NCBI GenBank assembly: GCA_001275005.1
Contig: JWZX01003313.1
Location: 1 to 64,000, forward strand
Origin: Chrysochromulina tobinii
Taxonomy: Eukaryota
Direction of reading: 5' to 3'
DNA length: 64,000 nucleotides
Below, one piece after another: positions 24,001 to 35,575 of the stretch. The position numbers and the translations under genes were made by a program. Below the pieces are notes generated by a model. That model saw only the letters and a program-made list of their open reading frames with translations, was not told the origin of the DNA and did not search any database. Each line of letters starts with the position of its first letter. Positions within the stretch are counted from its first letter, which is position 1.

Positions 24001-27000
24001 CATCGTCGCCTCCTTTGTCCTCGTCGAGACCTTCGTTGTCATCTCCCTGAGCCTCAAGGTGTGCGACCGCCGCGTCAACGTCACCGCTATGCGCAAGGAG
24101 CACTTCGGCGGCCATGGAGTGGGCCGGCGCGACCTTGACATCGATAGGGGTCGAGTGGTCGAGATCGAGCAGCCGTCGCTCAAGCAGCTCGCGAGCCACA
24201 GGCTCGACACGCCCCCTCGCAAGTGCCATCGCTCTTGCATCGAAGAGGTGGGGACCCGGCTTGGCGCCATGCCGGATGCATGCCACCTGGAAGTTGAGCG
24301 ATGGCGCACGCGCCACCTCGACAGCCAGCGCGACGAAGTTGGACGACAGCTTCGGCGTCCTCAAGAGCAGCTTCAGGTTGTGCACGAGCGTCGCATCCAT
24401 CGGCTTTGTGAGGAAGTCGACAGCATGCGGCGGTGGTTCGTGCAGCGCAAGCTGCTTGACGAGGCTTACAATGCGCTCGAGAGTCAAGCCGTGCTTAGGG
24501 AGGCTATGACGTTCGATGAGGCCCTCAAGCTCGACAACAAACAAAGGTGGCGCCGCCGAAAGTGAAGTCGCATCTCCGGACGACGTTGAGGCGCTCGCTG
24601 TAGAGGGTCGCCCCTGAATCACCTCGCGCGCGGCGGCGCCGAATCTCCACGCGTCGTGGCCATTGTTGAGCGTTAACAATTCTGCGGCATCCAGAGCCGC
24701 ATCAGCGCCGCCCTCCAAAATCAAGCTACCCTGCATGTGATTAGAGAGTGGGGTGAGGAGCGGTTGAGAGCTCGCCAGTGGCGGGGCTGGCGGCTGCGTG
24801 CTAACAAGCGGCGTAGACGATGGCTGCGCGTCGTTGTGCACTGGTACGCTGCTGTGCAGATGCTCCAGAGCATTGAGACGTACCATTGAAGACGACGGCA
24901 CCAGCCCAGGCTCCTGCAGCTCCTGCGGCTCCAGTCGTAAGGTGACGAGCGGGGGAGGTGCGACCCGGATCATCCGCGCTTGCTCCGCCGCCGCCGCTGC
25001 GTCCAACTTGGCGCGCATGTCCGCCTGCCGAAGCCGAAAGTGAGCAACGAGCTTGGGGGGCACACGATACAAGCGCTCCCAAGTATCGGCTTCTGGTCCG
25101 AAGTTGGCCCACCGAATCCGAAACCAAGGATAGAGGCGAGAAGGGTCGTTCTTACTCGGACGCATCTGCCATAGCCGGGAGTCGATCGGGATCCTCAGGG
25201 CCGGTGCAGAAAGGCGGAGACAGGACTAGGGGGGAGAACTGATGGCCCAAGGTTCGAACGCGATGACGGTTCGAGGCCGTGCTGACACCTGCTCCTCGAT
25301 GATTCTCTGTACGGCATACTCGTCGGCCCTCCGTTTGCCCACCGCGGAGCCGCTCGCGCGCTGTCGCGAGCGCTCCTGCTCCTCCGCGGGATCGAGCCGT
25401 GCAGGAGCTCGGGCCTGCCGCGCGCTCAAGCGAGGTGCGGCGACATCAGCTGCGGGTGCCGTCCTCCAGCCTGGTGGAGGCTTGGTACGCACCGCCATGT
25501 CCGCAGCAGCTCGCTCTGTGGACTTTGTTGCACCGTTGGGTCCCGCACCGCTTGGGTGCGATGGCGCGCTGGAGCTCGCCGCGGCGTCAGTGCAAGATGC
25601 GGCCGCGGCAGCCCCCGCTGCCGCCGCCGCGAAGCTCATTGCTGGAGGCGAGCGAGCTGCGACTGCCCGTGGGTGTCGGATGAGCGCCTCAATAACGTAT
25701 TCCTCGCTCTCGCCATGATCGAACATGATCGCGTAGACGTGTTTGAAATCGCAGTCGATGCCAACGGCCTGGTTGAAGTACCCATGATAGCTCGTGATCG
25801 TGCCAAGATACCATCGCCAAACTTGACCGTTCGCCAGCCTTGACTGCACTCGATCACCAACCTTGAACTTGGGCTTCCCTTTGGCCGTCGTACCTGCGCC
25901 GCTTGCATCGGCACTGATAGCGTGCGCGGCGGCGCGGACTTGCAGCATGGCCGTGAGGCATCCATCGGCCGCTGGTGCCAAGTTGAGCTGAACCCAGACC
26001 TTGCCACTGTCCTGCTCCATCTTCTCCTCCATCTGGTCCTCCTCGAGAGAAGAATGGCCAGTCAGTCGCCGTGGCCCGACAACCACCTCTTGCGCATCGC
26101 GGCTGCTCGGCTTGTGAAGCATTGACTCGACCTCCGAGATGGTACGTGTCGCTCCGCCCAGCATGAGCGTTGCCTCTGCCGCCTCAGCCGCCGCTCGCTC
26201 TAACCCAGCGTGCCTCGCGCAGCACAAGGCCGCCTCCTCCGGCGTCGCGAAGGTGCCAATGTAGAGCTGCGTGCCATTCTCCGTGAATTTCGCCTCGTAC
26301 TTGGCTCCACTCTTGTACACGCCCTTGAAGCCCGTCTCACTTCTCGACGACGGCACAAGCTCGAGCCCCTCGGCTGCCGCCGCCGCCCTGGCCTCGTCCG
26401 CCGTAAGCGGCTGCGGCACTGCGACCTCCGCCCCGGCCGCCTCAGCCGTCGCTCGCTCTGCTCGAGCGTGCCTCGCGTAGCACAAGGCCGCCTCCTCCTC
26501 GGGCGGCCCGCCACTCAGGTACGCCCGCACGGCGTGGTCGATGGCAGCTCGTGTGCTGAGCGACTGGCTGGGGTTCGTAGAGAGCCAGCTCGAGAGAGAG
26601 CCGCTGCTCGAGAGGCGCAGATGCGTGCTCAGCCTGACCTGGGAGAGGCCATGTGCACTCATGTGCACTTGGAGCCGCTCGACGAGCGCTGCGTGCTCCC
26701 CTGAGATCATGCTCTCTGAAGCGGTGGCTTTCTCGAGCTTCCTCCAAAAGATCTCCTCTTCATCTTCCCATGGACCCTGCTCCACCCGTCGCTCGGGCTC
26801 GTCTGCGCCCTCGTCCTCCATTTCATCATCTTCTACTCCGTCGTCCTCCTCCTCCTCCGGCTCATCATCATCTTCATCATCATCATCCTCTACCCCGTCC
26901 TCCTCGTCCTCTTCCTGCTCCTCTTTCTCTGCCGGCCGCTGCTTGCACGCGCCCACATGTCTCGCGAGCGCGCCATAGTTGCCGAACGTGCGAGTGCAGT

Positions 27001-27358
27001 ACCCACACGGCTGCCTTGCGGCCTGCTCCTCCCCGGCCTCCTCCTCTGTCTCCGCGATCATCTGCCCACTGCTTGTGGTGTCGAGCCAAATGAGCTGCCC
27101 GAGAACTTCCTCATGGCGAAGGTTGTGCCACTTAACGTCTCCGTCGTCATACTTGACAAAGTGCAGAGGCGACGAAAAGTCACGAACAGTCCCCGAAAAC
27201 CACGTCGGTCGCGAGCAGCCGGCCCAAAGAATCGAAAGCCGCCGACCGATTGCCCTCGCACCTATCGCTGGGACTTGTCGCAGATCAGCCGCATCGAGTA
27301 CCGTCCTCTCACGGATCGAGTACCGTGCTCTCTGCGACGGCTGCGTCTGGGACTCCAT
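18069..27358 (-). CDS. Giant (~2,990 aa) multi-domain chromatin-reader/AP2 protein; exons 27358-25289, 25165-22693, 22507-18069 (further in-frame introns possible)
   Basis: Splicing 25166-25288 rebuilds a chromodomain ([30 protein letters not shown]); splicing 22508-22692 rebuilds an AP2 tail ([16 protein letters not shown]); Tudor, PHD, CCCH and RING-like motifs visible. Confidence 0.8.
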
Positions 27359-27965
27359 CTCACACTTCCTTCCGTCGCACGAGCCTGGGCACGTCAAGTC
27401 ATTTCTGTCAAGTCGCGCGCTCGTGCTGCTGTGAAACACAGTCGCGAAATGCTGTTCAACACAGCCGTCCCCTAAACACAGGAGCCGCTATCACTATGGA
27501 CGGAGGTGTGGCCGACACAATCCGTGGTAACACAGGCCGTTACACGGCGGGGCGTGGCGCGTGGGGGAAGAATAGGCGCCGTACTAGCTTCTGTGCGCTA
27601 GCCGCTAAGCCTAAGGCCTGTGCATCAACCCTTTGTCCTGTGCAAACCCGTCCACCTTCCGGTATACCCCCGAGTGTAACGGCGTCGCCCTCTGCGCTTT
27701 GGGAAATCATTCAAATTCGCGAAATAGATTACTAGCTTCAACCGCGAGTGTCAACACCGACCGAGCCAGCCGCGAGCACGAGCCGTCCCTCAATAGAGGC
27801 GTCCACGAGACGCCAAAAGCTTCAACGATGACGTACTGTAACTGCAACTTCTAATGCCGTGCGCTAACCGTTACTAACTCGTATAGTTTTGTGGACATCC
27901 AGCGAGGTGACAGGTGAGGTGTCAAACGTGACAATCACAGGTGGCATCCCCAATCTGCCTCCACG

Positions 27966-30914
27966 TCATTGCAACAACCTCGAGCGCCGCGTCATATTCT
28001 TTATTTCCTCAGAGTTCCACGCGGTAAATGTAGTGCCTCGCAGGTTGTTCACGCGATGCCTTGCGAGCATCCTGCCTTTCTCCTGCATGGCTCGCTGCAA
28101 GTCTGCCTTGCACACTTCAAGGGCCGAGCGCTCCCGTCGCACAATCTTGAGTGCCTCGGTGACGGCTGCTCGAGCCGAGTCCTCTTGCTCCACTGCCAGG
28201 CGTAAGCACTCGTGCGTAGCGTGGTCCTCGAGATGGCTGACAGTGAAGCGGTCTTTAGTCTGCACGACCTGATGGCGTGCACTGCAGTGCCCGTCGAGCT
28301 CCTGAACCCTTTGAGGAAGGGCAATCGTCAGAAAGTGGAGCAACGTTTCTTCCTGCGCCCCGAGCGTCTGCGCCCCCGAGCTCGCAATCTCTTCAAGCTC
28401 AGCCATTGCAAGGAGGATGGGCTTATTGGCTTCCGCACGACGGCGCGCCACCTTGCTCACTTCCAACTTGAATTCTTGCTTGAGTGTCGCCTCGGAGGGC
28501 TCGACACCGTAACGCCCAATGTAGGTCTCCCGGATGACATCTTTTCGAACTTCGTCTCTCGCCTCCTCCAAGGCATCTGGGGCGGTCGGCAGCAGGCGCA
28601 GGCTCGGGTTCTGTTCCAGATTCTTCCGGCACGACTCGACTGATGCGAGTAACTCTTGTTGCGTCCCACGTACCACGGCGAGAGCCTGTTTCACGCGAGT
28701 TATCATCTTGGACATGGATATGCTGACGTCCTTCAGCTCCTTGTGTAGCTGAATCGAAGACTTCATACCTCGAGGCGTGAGGGCGGTAGTCGTCAAGACG
28801 CGAGGAACCGGCACCCAGACAACCGCTGTAGTCAGCTCCGAGAGCACATCGCCCTGACTCATCTGTCTCTCGCCAGGTCTTGCGGTCGACCCCTTGGCTT
28901 TCAGCGGTGACTGTTTGCTCATCGAGACCACGCTCAGCAAGTGTGCGACCGGTTGCACGATAAAAGTGCTCGTCCCACCCGTCCCGATGAGGTCGCCAAA
29001 GTCGACGCTCGATGGATTCAGATGGCCGTTGATAGCGAGAACGACATCGTCGAGTTCGAGGCCCGCTCGTGCTGCTCCGCCCTGCGGGTCGACCCAAGCA
29101 ACTACTGGCCTCTGACGGAACGGGGCCTGTCCGGGCTTGTCTGGCAGTCGGATCTCGGGCAATCCCCATAAACGTCTCTTGTCGAGCTCCTTGTCTGACG
29201 CGATGCGAAGACCTAATGAAGTGCCAGAAGACCTGCAGACCTCGACCCGTCGCGTGCCCTCGCCAAGCAACAATGCTTCGAGAGGGTCCTCCTCCAATTC
29301 CAACGGTGCCAACTCCTGCCACTTCCTCTGCTCGATCGTAAAGAGCAGGTGCTGTCAGCTCTTCGTCGGCAGAGAGATGCAGGAGAGGCTGCGGTGCAGA
29401 CCGCGCAACACAGTTGTGGCGAGCATGCTGGCCACGGTGCACGGCTTGCAGCTTAGTCGCCGCGTCAGCCTGCTCGCGGAGGACTTGGCGATCGCGCCGA
29501 CCGCGATGCACAGCCTGCAGCTTGGTGGCCGCTGCGCCCCGCTCTTCCGTCTCCTTCTCTTCCTTCTTCTGCTTCTCCTGGAACTTCTCTGCCTTCACCA
29601 TCTTCGCCTTCTTCCCACGGACCGCAGTCTGTATCACAGTTGCTGCCGCATCTTGCTCCCCGTTCTCCTCCGACAGCCTCGGCTTGCCTTTCTTAGCCAT
29701 TTTGCCGCGCACGGCTGATTGCACGACAGTCGCCGCTGCGTCCTGCTCTTCCTTCTCTTGCTCGCCTACCGACTGCTCTGACAGCGAATCGGCACGAAAG
29801 CCGGACAGACAATGAGCATGAGCAGAATAGCACGAGCAGGGGATTAGAGTGCAAGCCGACTCACCCCTTTGGTTTGCTGCGGCAAGACCTCGTCATCATC
29901 AGGCGGAGGCTCGTCATCGTCTGGCGGCTCGTCGTCGTCGTCAAGCGGTTCGTTATCATGAGGCGGTGGCTCATCATCAGGAGGCGGTTCGTCATCATCA
30001 GGTGGCTCGTCGTCGGATGGCGGCGCATCGTCATCGGCATGCGGTGCGGGAGTCTGTGCAGCCGCAGAGCTAGTGTCTGCCCGCAGAGCCTGTGTCTGCG
30101 CAGAGCCTGTGTCCGCTGCTACATGAGCTTGCAGTAGGTGCTGCGGCTCGGCCTCGCCGTCGTCGGGCGGCATGTCGTCGTCAGCTCTCAGTCGTGCATG
30201 CGGCGCTGCTGTGCCGGGTCGGAGCGCATCTTTCTCTGCATCGGCAGCTCCTGCCACGCCATTGACCGGTGGCGCGTCGTCCGGAGGCGGCTCGTCATCG
30301 TCAGGTGGCAGCTCATCCTGATCCTCCCTCTCCCTCAACAGATCCTGCTTGACCTTTTTGGCCTTTTTGCCTCGCACAGCTGACTGCACGACAGTCGCCG
30401 CTGCATCCTGCTCTTCCTTCACCTGCTTCTCATGCAGTTTTCCTGCCTTCACCTTCTGTGCAATCTTTCCACGGACCGCGGACTGCACCACAGTTGCTGC
30501 CGCAACCTGCGCCTTCTTCTCCTTAAACAGCTTCTGCGTGACCCTCTTTGCACTTTTTGAGCGTATGGCTGACTGCACGACGGTTGCGGCTGCATCTTCA
30601 TCTTCGGGCAAACCATCCGAGCCATCGTCATCTACGACCACGTTTGATTGCATCCCCACTGCAACATTTGCCGCACCACGCCCGCCGGCTTCTTCTTCTG
30701 GCAAATCATCTGAGTCGTCGTCATTCACGTTGGCCTGCGCCCCTTCTGCAGCACTTGTCATGCCCTGCCCGTCAACTTCTTCTTCGGGCAAATCATCCGA
30801 GTCGTCATCCACGTTGGTTCGATTTGCTCGCACGACCTCTTCCTCACCATCATCGTCGGATTCGGGAGGTTTTGCATCGTCCTCCTCCGCGGCGCCACGG
30901 TGCTTCCCAGGCAT
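27966..30914 (-). CDS. Multi-IQ-motif, PDZ-domain, coiled-coil protein (3 exons; introns near 29775-29864 and ~29330-29410, boundaries approximate)
   Basis: Repeated AATVVQSAVRG/AATKLQAVHRG IQ motifs; PDZ SLGLRI..VVAWVDPQGGAARAGLELDDVVLAING; acidic DDEPPP repeats. Confidence 0.72.
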
Positions 30915-31189
30915 GGACTTGCGGCCGAGTCACACGGAACCGCGTGCTTGTGAAGCCACAGTTCCGTGAGAATGGCAAAGAGCGAAGATCGAGGCGTGCC
31001 GCGCGCCAATCGTGTGGCCGTGTGCGGCCCTTTTATTCCAACGAGTGTGTGCGAGTGAGGACGTTTGTGGGGAAACATCAAACAATGGTACCGGCATAAA
31101 GACAGGGAGCCGGTAAGCGCACGTTGCGCTTAAATGGAGCGTGGCTTGCAGAGCTCCCGATGAGCTGCACACACATAGCTACAATATAT

Positions 31190-31211
31190 CTACTACTACT
31201 ACTACTACTAC
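31190..31211. repeat. (CTA)n microsatellite
   Basis: ctactactactactactacta in intergenic DNA. Confidence 0.9.
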
Positions 31212-31310
31212 CGGGTACCGCGCTGAGACTTCTATGTGACTCCTATGAATGACTGAAGATGAAGACACTGTCAGCGACCTGACCTCTCCGTACGGGGGCG
31301 TGAGGGCATC

Positions 31311-31480
31311 CTCACCAGTATGCCCTCGGCCCCCAGGTCCCGTTGGTCATAGCGCGCCCCTCAGGCACTAACAGGAAGCCCTCGACCCCCGGGTCCCGTT
31401 GGTCATAGCGCGTCCCTCAGGCACTCACCAGTATGCCCTCGGCCCCCAGGTCCCGTTGGTCATAGCGCGCCCCTCAGGCA
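31311..31480. repeat. Three tandem ~56-bp copies of the 3' end of the PAN-domain gene
   Basis: ctcaccagtatgccctcggcccccaggtcccgttggtcatagcgcgcccctcaggca at 31311 and 31424, with a diverged copy between. Confidence 0.9.
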
Positions 31481-32555
31481 GTAGCGCGCCGGACCACCAA
31501 GGCACGCCATCGACCATCGCCTTCCGATGACGCTGCATAAAGGCGGGGCGCATCGGGCTCGTCTTCGATCTCATGTTGACCTCGGGAGCCCAGGGCTCCT
31601 CCGAGAACTTGAGCCAGCAGTCGCCAATCGAGTGCGAGTGCGCATCCGGCTCGAAGCACACAGGGCGTGAACACCAGGTCCACACGTTGCACGGGAGCTG
31701 TGAGTACGGTCCGCCGGATTTGGCTGGCTTGTGTGCAAAGCACGCGGCCTCGCACGCCTGCCATGTGGCCTGCTTGTGCCCGATGCCCCAATGCACGCCT
31801 AGCCCATCATAGTCCGCCGCCTCCTCGTGGTAGCCGACGAGCCTGGTGCCAGCACTGAGCACCTCGCGATACAGCAGCGTCGTGGGTGACGTGTCGAAAC
31901 ACCTCGGCTCGACGTGTGCGTAGCCGTCGATGGCGGGCGAGCCGCACGCGCGCGTCGTGTTGCACTTGTCCTTGCCGATGCAACCATAATAGGACGGTGG
32001 CACCTTGCAGTCAGCGCATGCCTCCTTCTCAAGCACGACGCCGCTCGCCCAACGCAGCTTTGGGTTCTGCGGCGGCTTGCCGCGCCAAGCCTCAAGCGAC
32101 TTGGCCGCGCGCGCGAGCGCGTCGGGCTGCTGGTTCTTGAGCCAGCACTCGTGCGGCGGGTCCAAGTGCCAGACAAACGTGTTGCACTGTGCTCCCGCGC
32201 CAATATCCATCACAGGCACGTATGCCCTGCACGCAGCGCAGCAGGCCTCCGCCGACGGCTGCGGATTGTCAGAGCCCGGCAATACGACCGAGCCCCAGAG
32301 CTCAATGTGCATGGTGGCGTTGCACGAATTCGCCGCAATGGTCGCTGACGACGACGACATGGACTGCGAGGAAGTGGGAGAAGGTGGCGGTGGAGGTATT
32401 GCTGCTACAATTGTGGAGGCGGCTCGGAAAAGCTTTGCTCGTCGGATGGGCGCGGCCGAGACGGCGGACTGATGAGTAACAAATTGCTGCGTAATATTCG
32501 CGATGAGCAGGAGCAGTGGAATGACGGTCAGACACGCGAGGAGGCCGCCGCGCAT
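31425..32555 (-). CDS. Type II membrane protein with two PAN/Apple-like domains
   Basis: N-terminal TM; CCAAC..CNTFVW..ECWLK and CEAAC..CNVWTWC..CWLK. Confidence 0.75.
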   Translation of the reverse strand: MRGGLLACLTVIPLLLLIANITQQFVTHQSAVSAAPIRRAKLFRAASTIVAAIPPPPPSPTSSQSMSSSSATIAANSCNATMHIELWGSVVLPGSDNPQPSAEACCAACRAYVPVMDIGAGAQCNTFVWHLDPPHECWLKNQQPDALARAAKSLEAWRGKPPQNPKLRWASGVVLEKEACADCKVPPSYYGCIGKDKCNTTRACGSPAIDGYAHVEPRCFDTSPTTLLYREVLSAGTRLVGYHEEAADYDGLGVHWGIGHKQATWQACEAACFAHKPAKSGGPYSQLPCNVWTWCSRPVCFEPDAHSHSIGDCWLKFSEEPWAPEVNMRSKTSPMRPAFMQRHRKAMVDGVPWWSGALLPEGRAMTNGTWGPRAYW

Positions 32556-32777
32556 CTAAAAGCGTGTGAAGGTGTGAGTTTGTGCAGGTCTGCATGCATC
32601 GAGACATTGTGCTTCCATTGTGCTCCGTGCTCCTTGTGCAGCGCCTGCTTGTTTGTGTGAATTACCGGTACATGTATCATGGGAAGTTAGCGAGAAATCT
32701 TGTACAAATGCGTTGGTGGTCTCTTGTACACCTTGCTTTCGATTGTCAACGCCGCTCATGATGCTACTCGCGGACGA

Positions 32778-33947
32778 ATGGCCGTCGTCGAATCGAACAC
32801 CAACGGCGAGGAGAGAAAGTCTCCTCCGCCGCGGCAGCGTCTCGCAGAGGAGGGGGACGAGGATGAGGATGTTTTCCGCCCAAGTATAGCGGACGAGCAC
32901 AAGGACAAGGGCGAGGACGAGGGCGAGGACGAGATGGAGGAGGACGAGGAGGTGGAGGAGAAGGAGGAGGAGCGGTTGCGTCGGGAGAAGGGCAAGAAGC
33001 AAAATGCGCCACCGCCGATGCCACTGCCTCCAAAGCTACCGCCGCCAAGGCCACCGCCACCGCCGCCAACGAGGCCAGAACAGGTACGCATCACCTTCAC
33101 TCACGCCATCAGCGAGCACCCACTCGCCATGCCTGCACGCGATGGTAGCGTGGAGCAGCAGGGCTCAGAGTACGAGCCGCTCCCGGCTCAAGAAGTTTTT
33201 GAGTCAAGGCGAACGGCGATGATCATGCTTCTGGTCGGTGTGCTAATCTTCACAGCTGCAGGTCTGTGTCTGACACTTGGCCTCAATGACCAGGCGCCCC
33301 GGTCGCACAGCACGAAGGCGACGCGAAAGAGCCGCAAAAAGGCCATCGAGGCGGCGGTAGTCGACCTCATAGAAGACGACCATGACGTGGAGATCGGATC
33401 TCGGCAACCTCTCCGGCGAGCTCAGCCTCAAGGAAAACAGAGAGATAAGCTGCGGCCCGAAGGCCAGGCGCCCAAGAGGGCGGCTGATGATGATGATGAG
33501 GGCGAGCTCGCCATCGACCGCGAAGATATCGAGGCGGTTGAGAGTTTCGGCAATTTCACAGTCAAGGTGCACGTCGAGTTGCCCTCGATCTCGGGTGGCG
33601 AGATCGTCTCCTTCCGGGTCACGAAGCGCCGTCTCGGCAGCAGCTTCGACGAGCTGTACGGCGTGCTCTTGCAAGGCGTGCCGCCGGGCACGCTCTCCCT
33701 CGAGCAGATTGGCGCGATGCAGATGCATTACGAGAACCACGATGGCGAGATGCTCGAGGTCACGCGAGATTCCACCGAGATGTCCGAGCTCGTGAGCGAG
33801 GCTCAGGCCATCTTCGTCTCGCGACGTGCCAAGGCCGCCAGCACGCGCGCTGCCGGCGGCCCCCGCCAGATCGGCCACACTGGGTACGCGGGCGACGCGA
33901 CGCCGCTCGACATGACTCGTGCTGCTGCGGTGCTTGGAGCACGCTGA
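32778..33947 (+). CDS. Single-pass membrane protein with C-terminal PB1-like domain
   Basis: Acidic/Pro-rich N-terminus, TM MIMLLVGVLIFTAAGLCLTL, OPCA-like MHYENHDGEMLEV. Confidence 0.55.
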   Translation: MAVVESNTNGEERKSPPPRQRLAEEGDEDEDVFRPSIADEHKDKGEDEGEDEMEEDEEVEEKEEERLRREKGKKQNAPPPMPLPPKLPPPRPPPPPPTRPEQVRITFTHAISEHPLAMPARDGSVEQQGSEYEPLPAQEVFESRRTAMIMLLVGVLIFTAAGLCLTLGLNDQAPRSHSTKATRKSRKKAIEAAVVDLIEDDHDVEIGSRQPLRRAQPQGKQRDKLRPEGQAPKRAADDDDEGELAIDREDIEAVESFGNFTVKVHVELPSISGGEIVSFRVTKRRLGSSFDELYGVLLQGVPPGTLSLEQIGAMQMHYENHDGEMLEVTRDSTEMSELVSEAQAIFVSRRAKAASTRAAGGPRQIGHTGYAGDATPLDMTRAAAVLGAR

Positions 33948-34325
33948 AGCGCCCTCTTCTGCAAGATGTCGTGTAGTACGCGATGTGTAGACGAAGACGT
34001 CTGTATGTATACATGTATACATGTAGCTGGCGCGAGCGCGGATGGTGAGCGCGTATTTACAAGCGCGTATCCTTGCTCTCATGAATCCGGTCATGATTTC
34101 ATTACAGTATGATTTGCGTGCTTTGAATACTGCATTTTTGGCCTTACGAAATACTAACGAAATACATGTATAACAGAGGTCAGAGCTCAACACCGCTCGT
34201 ATACTTCTAGAAACTAAAGTCTTTCAGTGCCTCGCTGTGCTCGGAGGAATACAATTGTACCAAGATGATACTTTTGTGCGTGTTTTTGTGCGTTGGTGGC
34301 CATCTGATGCGTCGCGCCGCGTTGG

Positions 34326-35117
34326 GTGGCGCGCCTCGAAACGGCGCTGTGGCGAGCGAGCTCCTCGGAGATCGGGTCCCCCGCTTCGGTGCTTGCTGAC
34401 CGTGCGCCCGCGAGCCTTCGGACAATGCGCCTCGAACACGCGGCCATTTCCCGTCGCTTCGTGGCCGCCGCAATCGCACCGCTGCTCGCACTGCCCTCTT
34501 TGGCACCTCTTGCGTGTGCCTTTCCCAACGAAAAGGGACCGGTCGTACCAAAGATAAAAAATCCAGGCCCCAAGCCAACAGACATTGGACTCAAGCCGGA
34601 TGGCCAGCTGCGGCCGTGCCTCGATGGCAAACCACATTGCTTCTCGTCGAGTACCGTCGTCGGTGAGTACAAGGCAAACATCAACCAGATTGGCAGCGGC
34701 TGGATCGTCCAGCCGTGGCGCTTCAAGAGCATCACAGTTGCGGGAGCTTTCAGCGACCTCAAGGAAGTCCTCGCGGCATATCCACCAGGCCAGAACGGTA
34801 TCGACGGGGGAGGCTTCGCCATCATTTCGCAAAAGTTCCCCGAGTCGGCGGATGATTCGGCATATCTCTACGCTCAGTTCGAGTCGAGCGTTGGCTACAT
34901 CGACGACATGGAGTTTGCCCTGTTGAACGGGGTGGTCAACGTGCGAACTTCCTCACGGCTGGGCTTTCTCGACTTCGGGGTGAACGCGAAGCGCTACAAC
35001 TACTTTGCCACCAAGCTGGGGAGCAAGAAAGGTTGGACTACCAACTTAGTGCGCGCCCAGGATCACCTGGATTATTTTGGGCAGAACGACGTCACCGATT
35101 CAGATGTGGGGGCGTGA
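34326..35117 (+). CDS. DUF1499 family protein, probably thylakoid-lumen targeted (true start probably upstream via an intron, e.g. ATG 34265)
   Basis: LRPC..KPHCFSS, YIDDMEF, VRTSSRLGFLDFGVNAKR; twin-Arg SRR + hydrophobic stretch + ACA. Confidence 0.75.
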   Translation: MARLETALWRASSSEIGSPASVLADRAPASLRTMRLEHAAISRRFVAAAIAPLLALPSLAPLACAFPNEKGPVVPKIKNPGPKPTDIGLKPDGQLRPCLDGKPHCFSSSTVVGEYKANINQIGSGWIVQPWRFKSITVAGAFSDLKEVLAAYPPGQNGIDGGGFAIISQKFPESADDSAYLYAQFESSVGYIDDMEFALLNGVVNVRTSSRLGFLDFGVNAKRYNYFATKLGSKKGWTTNLVRAQDHLDYFGQNDVTDSDVGA

Positions 35118-35575
35118 AGAGTGCGTCGCGGCGCGAGTTCTATCCGATCGCGATCGCAGTTCCCCACCGCGTGTTGCGCAGGAGCACACAGTCGGAATCT
35201 ATTAGGCTTCTAGTAAAAGTAAAGACCCGGGCTACATATTCTATTTTCAAGATGGTCCTAAACCTAATATGAAACGATCGCTTATCGGTGTGTCGCGGCG
35301 TCGGGGCGGCGCGGGCGCAGGGAGCGCGCGACGAGCCGACACCCGACCGCGCGTGGACCGTGCGAGGAGGTCGCCTCGTGACCGGCGCACCGGCCGTGAC
35401 GCGCCCGTACGGTACCGACGTCCGACGTCGGTGTACGTGATCGCCGACACGCACGCGACATACCCGAGCGGGGTGGACAAAACGTTGCGGATCTCGAACC
35501 ACGGAAACTCCGCAGAGTGACGTACACCCTCGTCCTCCTCTTCCTCTTCCTCCGCCGCTGCCTGCGGCCGCTGCC

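Noticed and set aside
16800..27900. Giant gene as cargo of a transposon or endogenous virus
   Set aside because: No transposase, integrase, capsid, polymerase or terminal repeats seen in the flanks.
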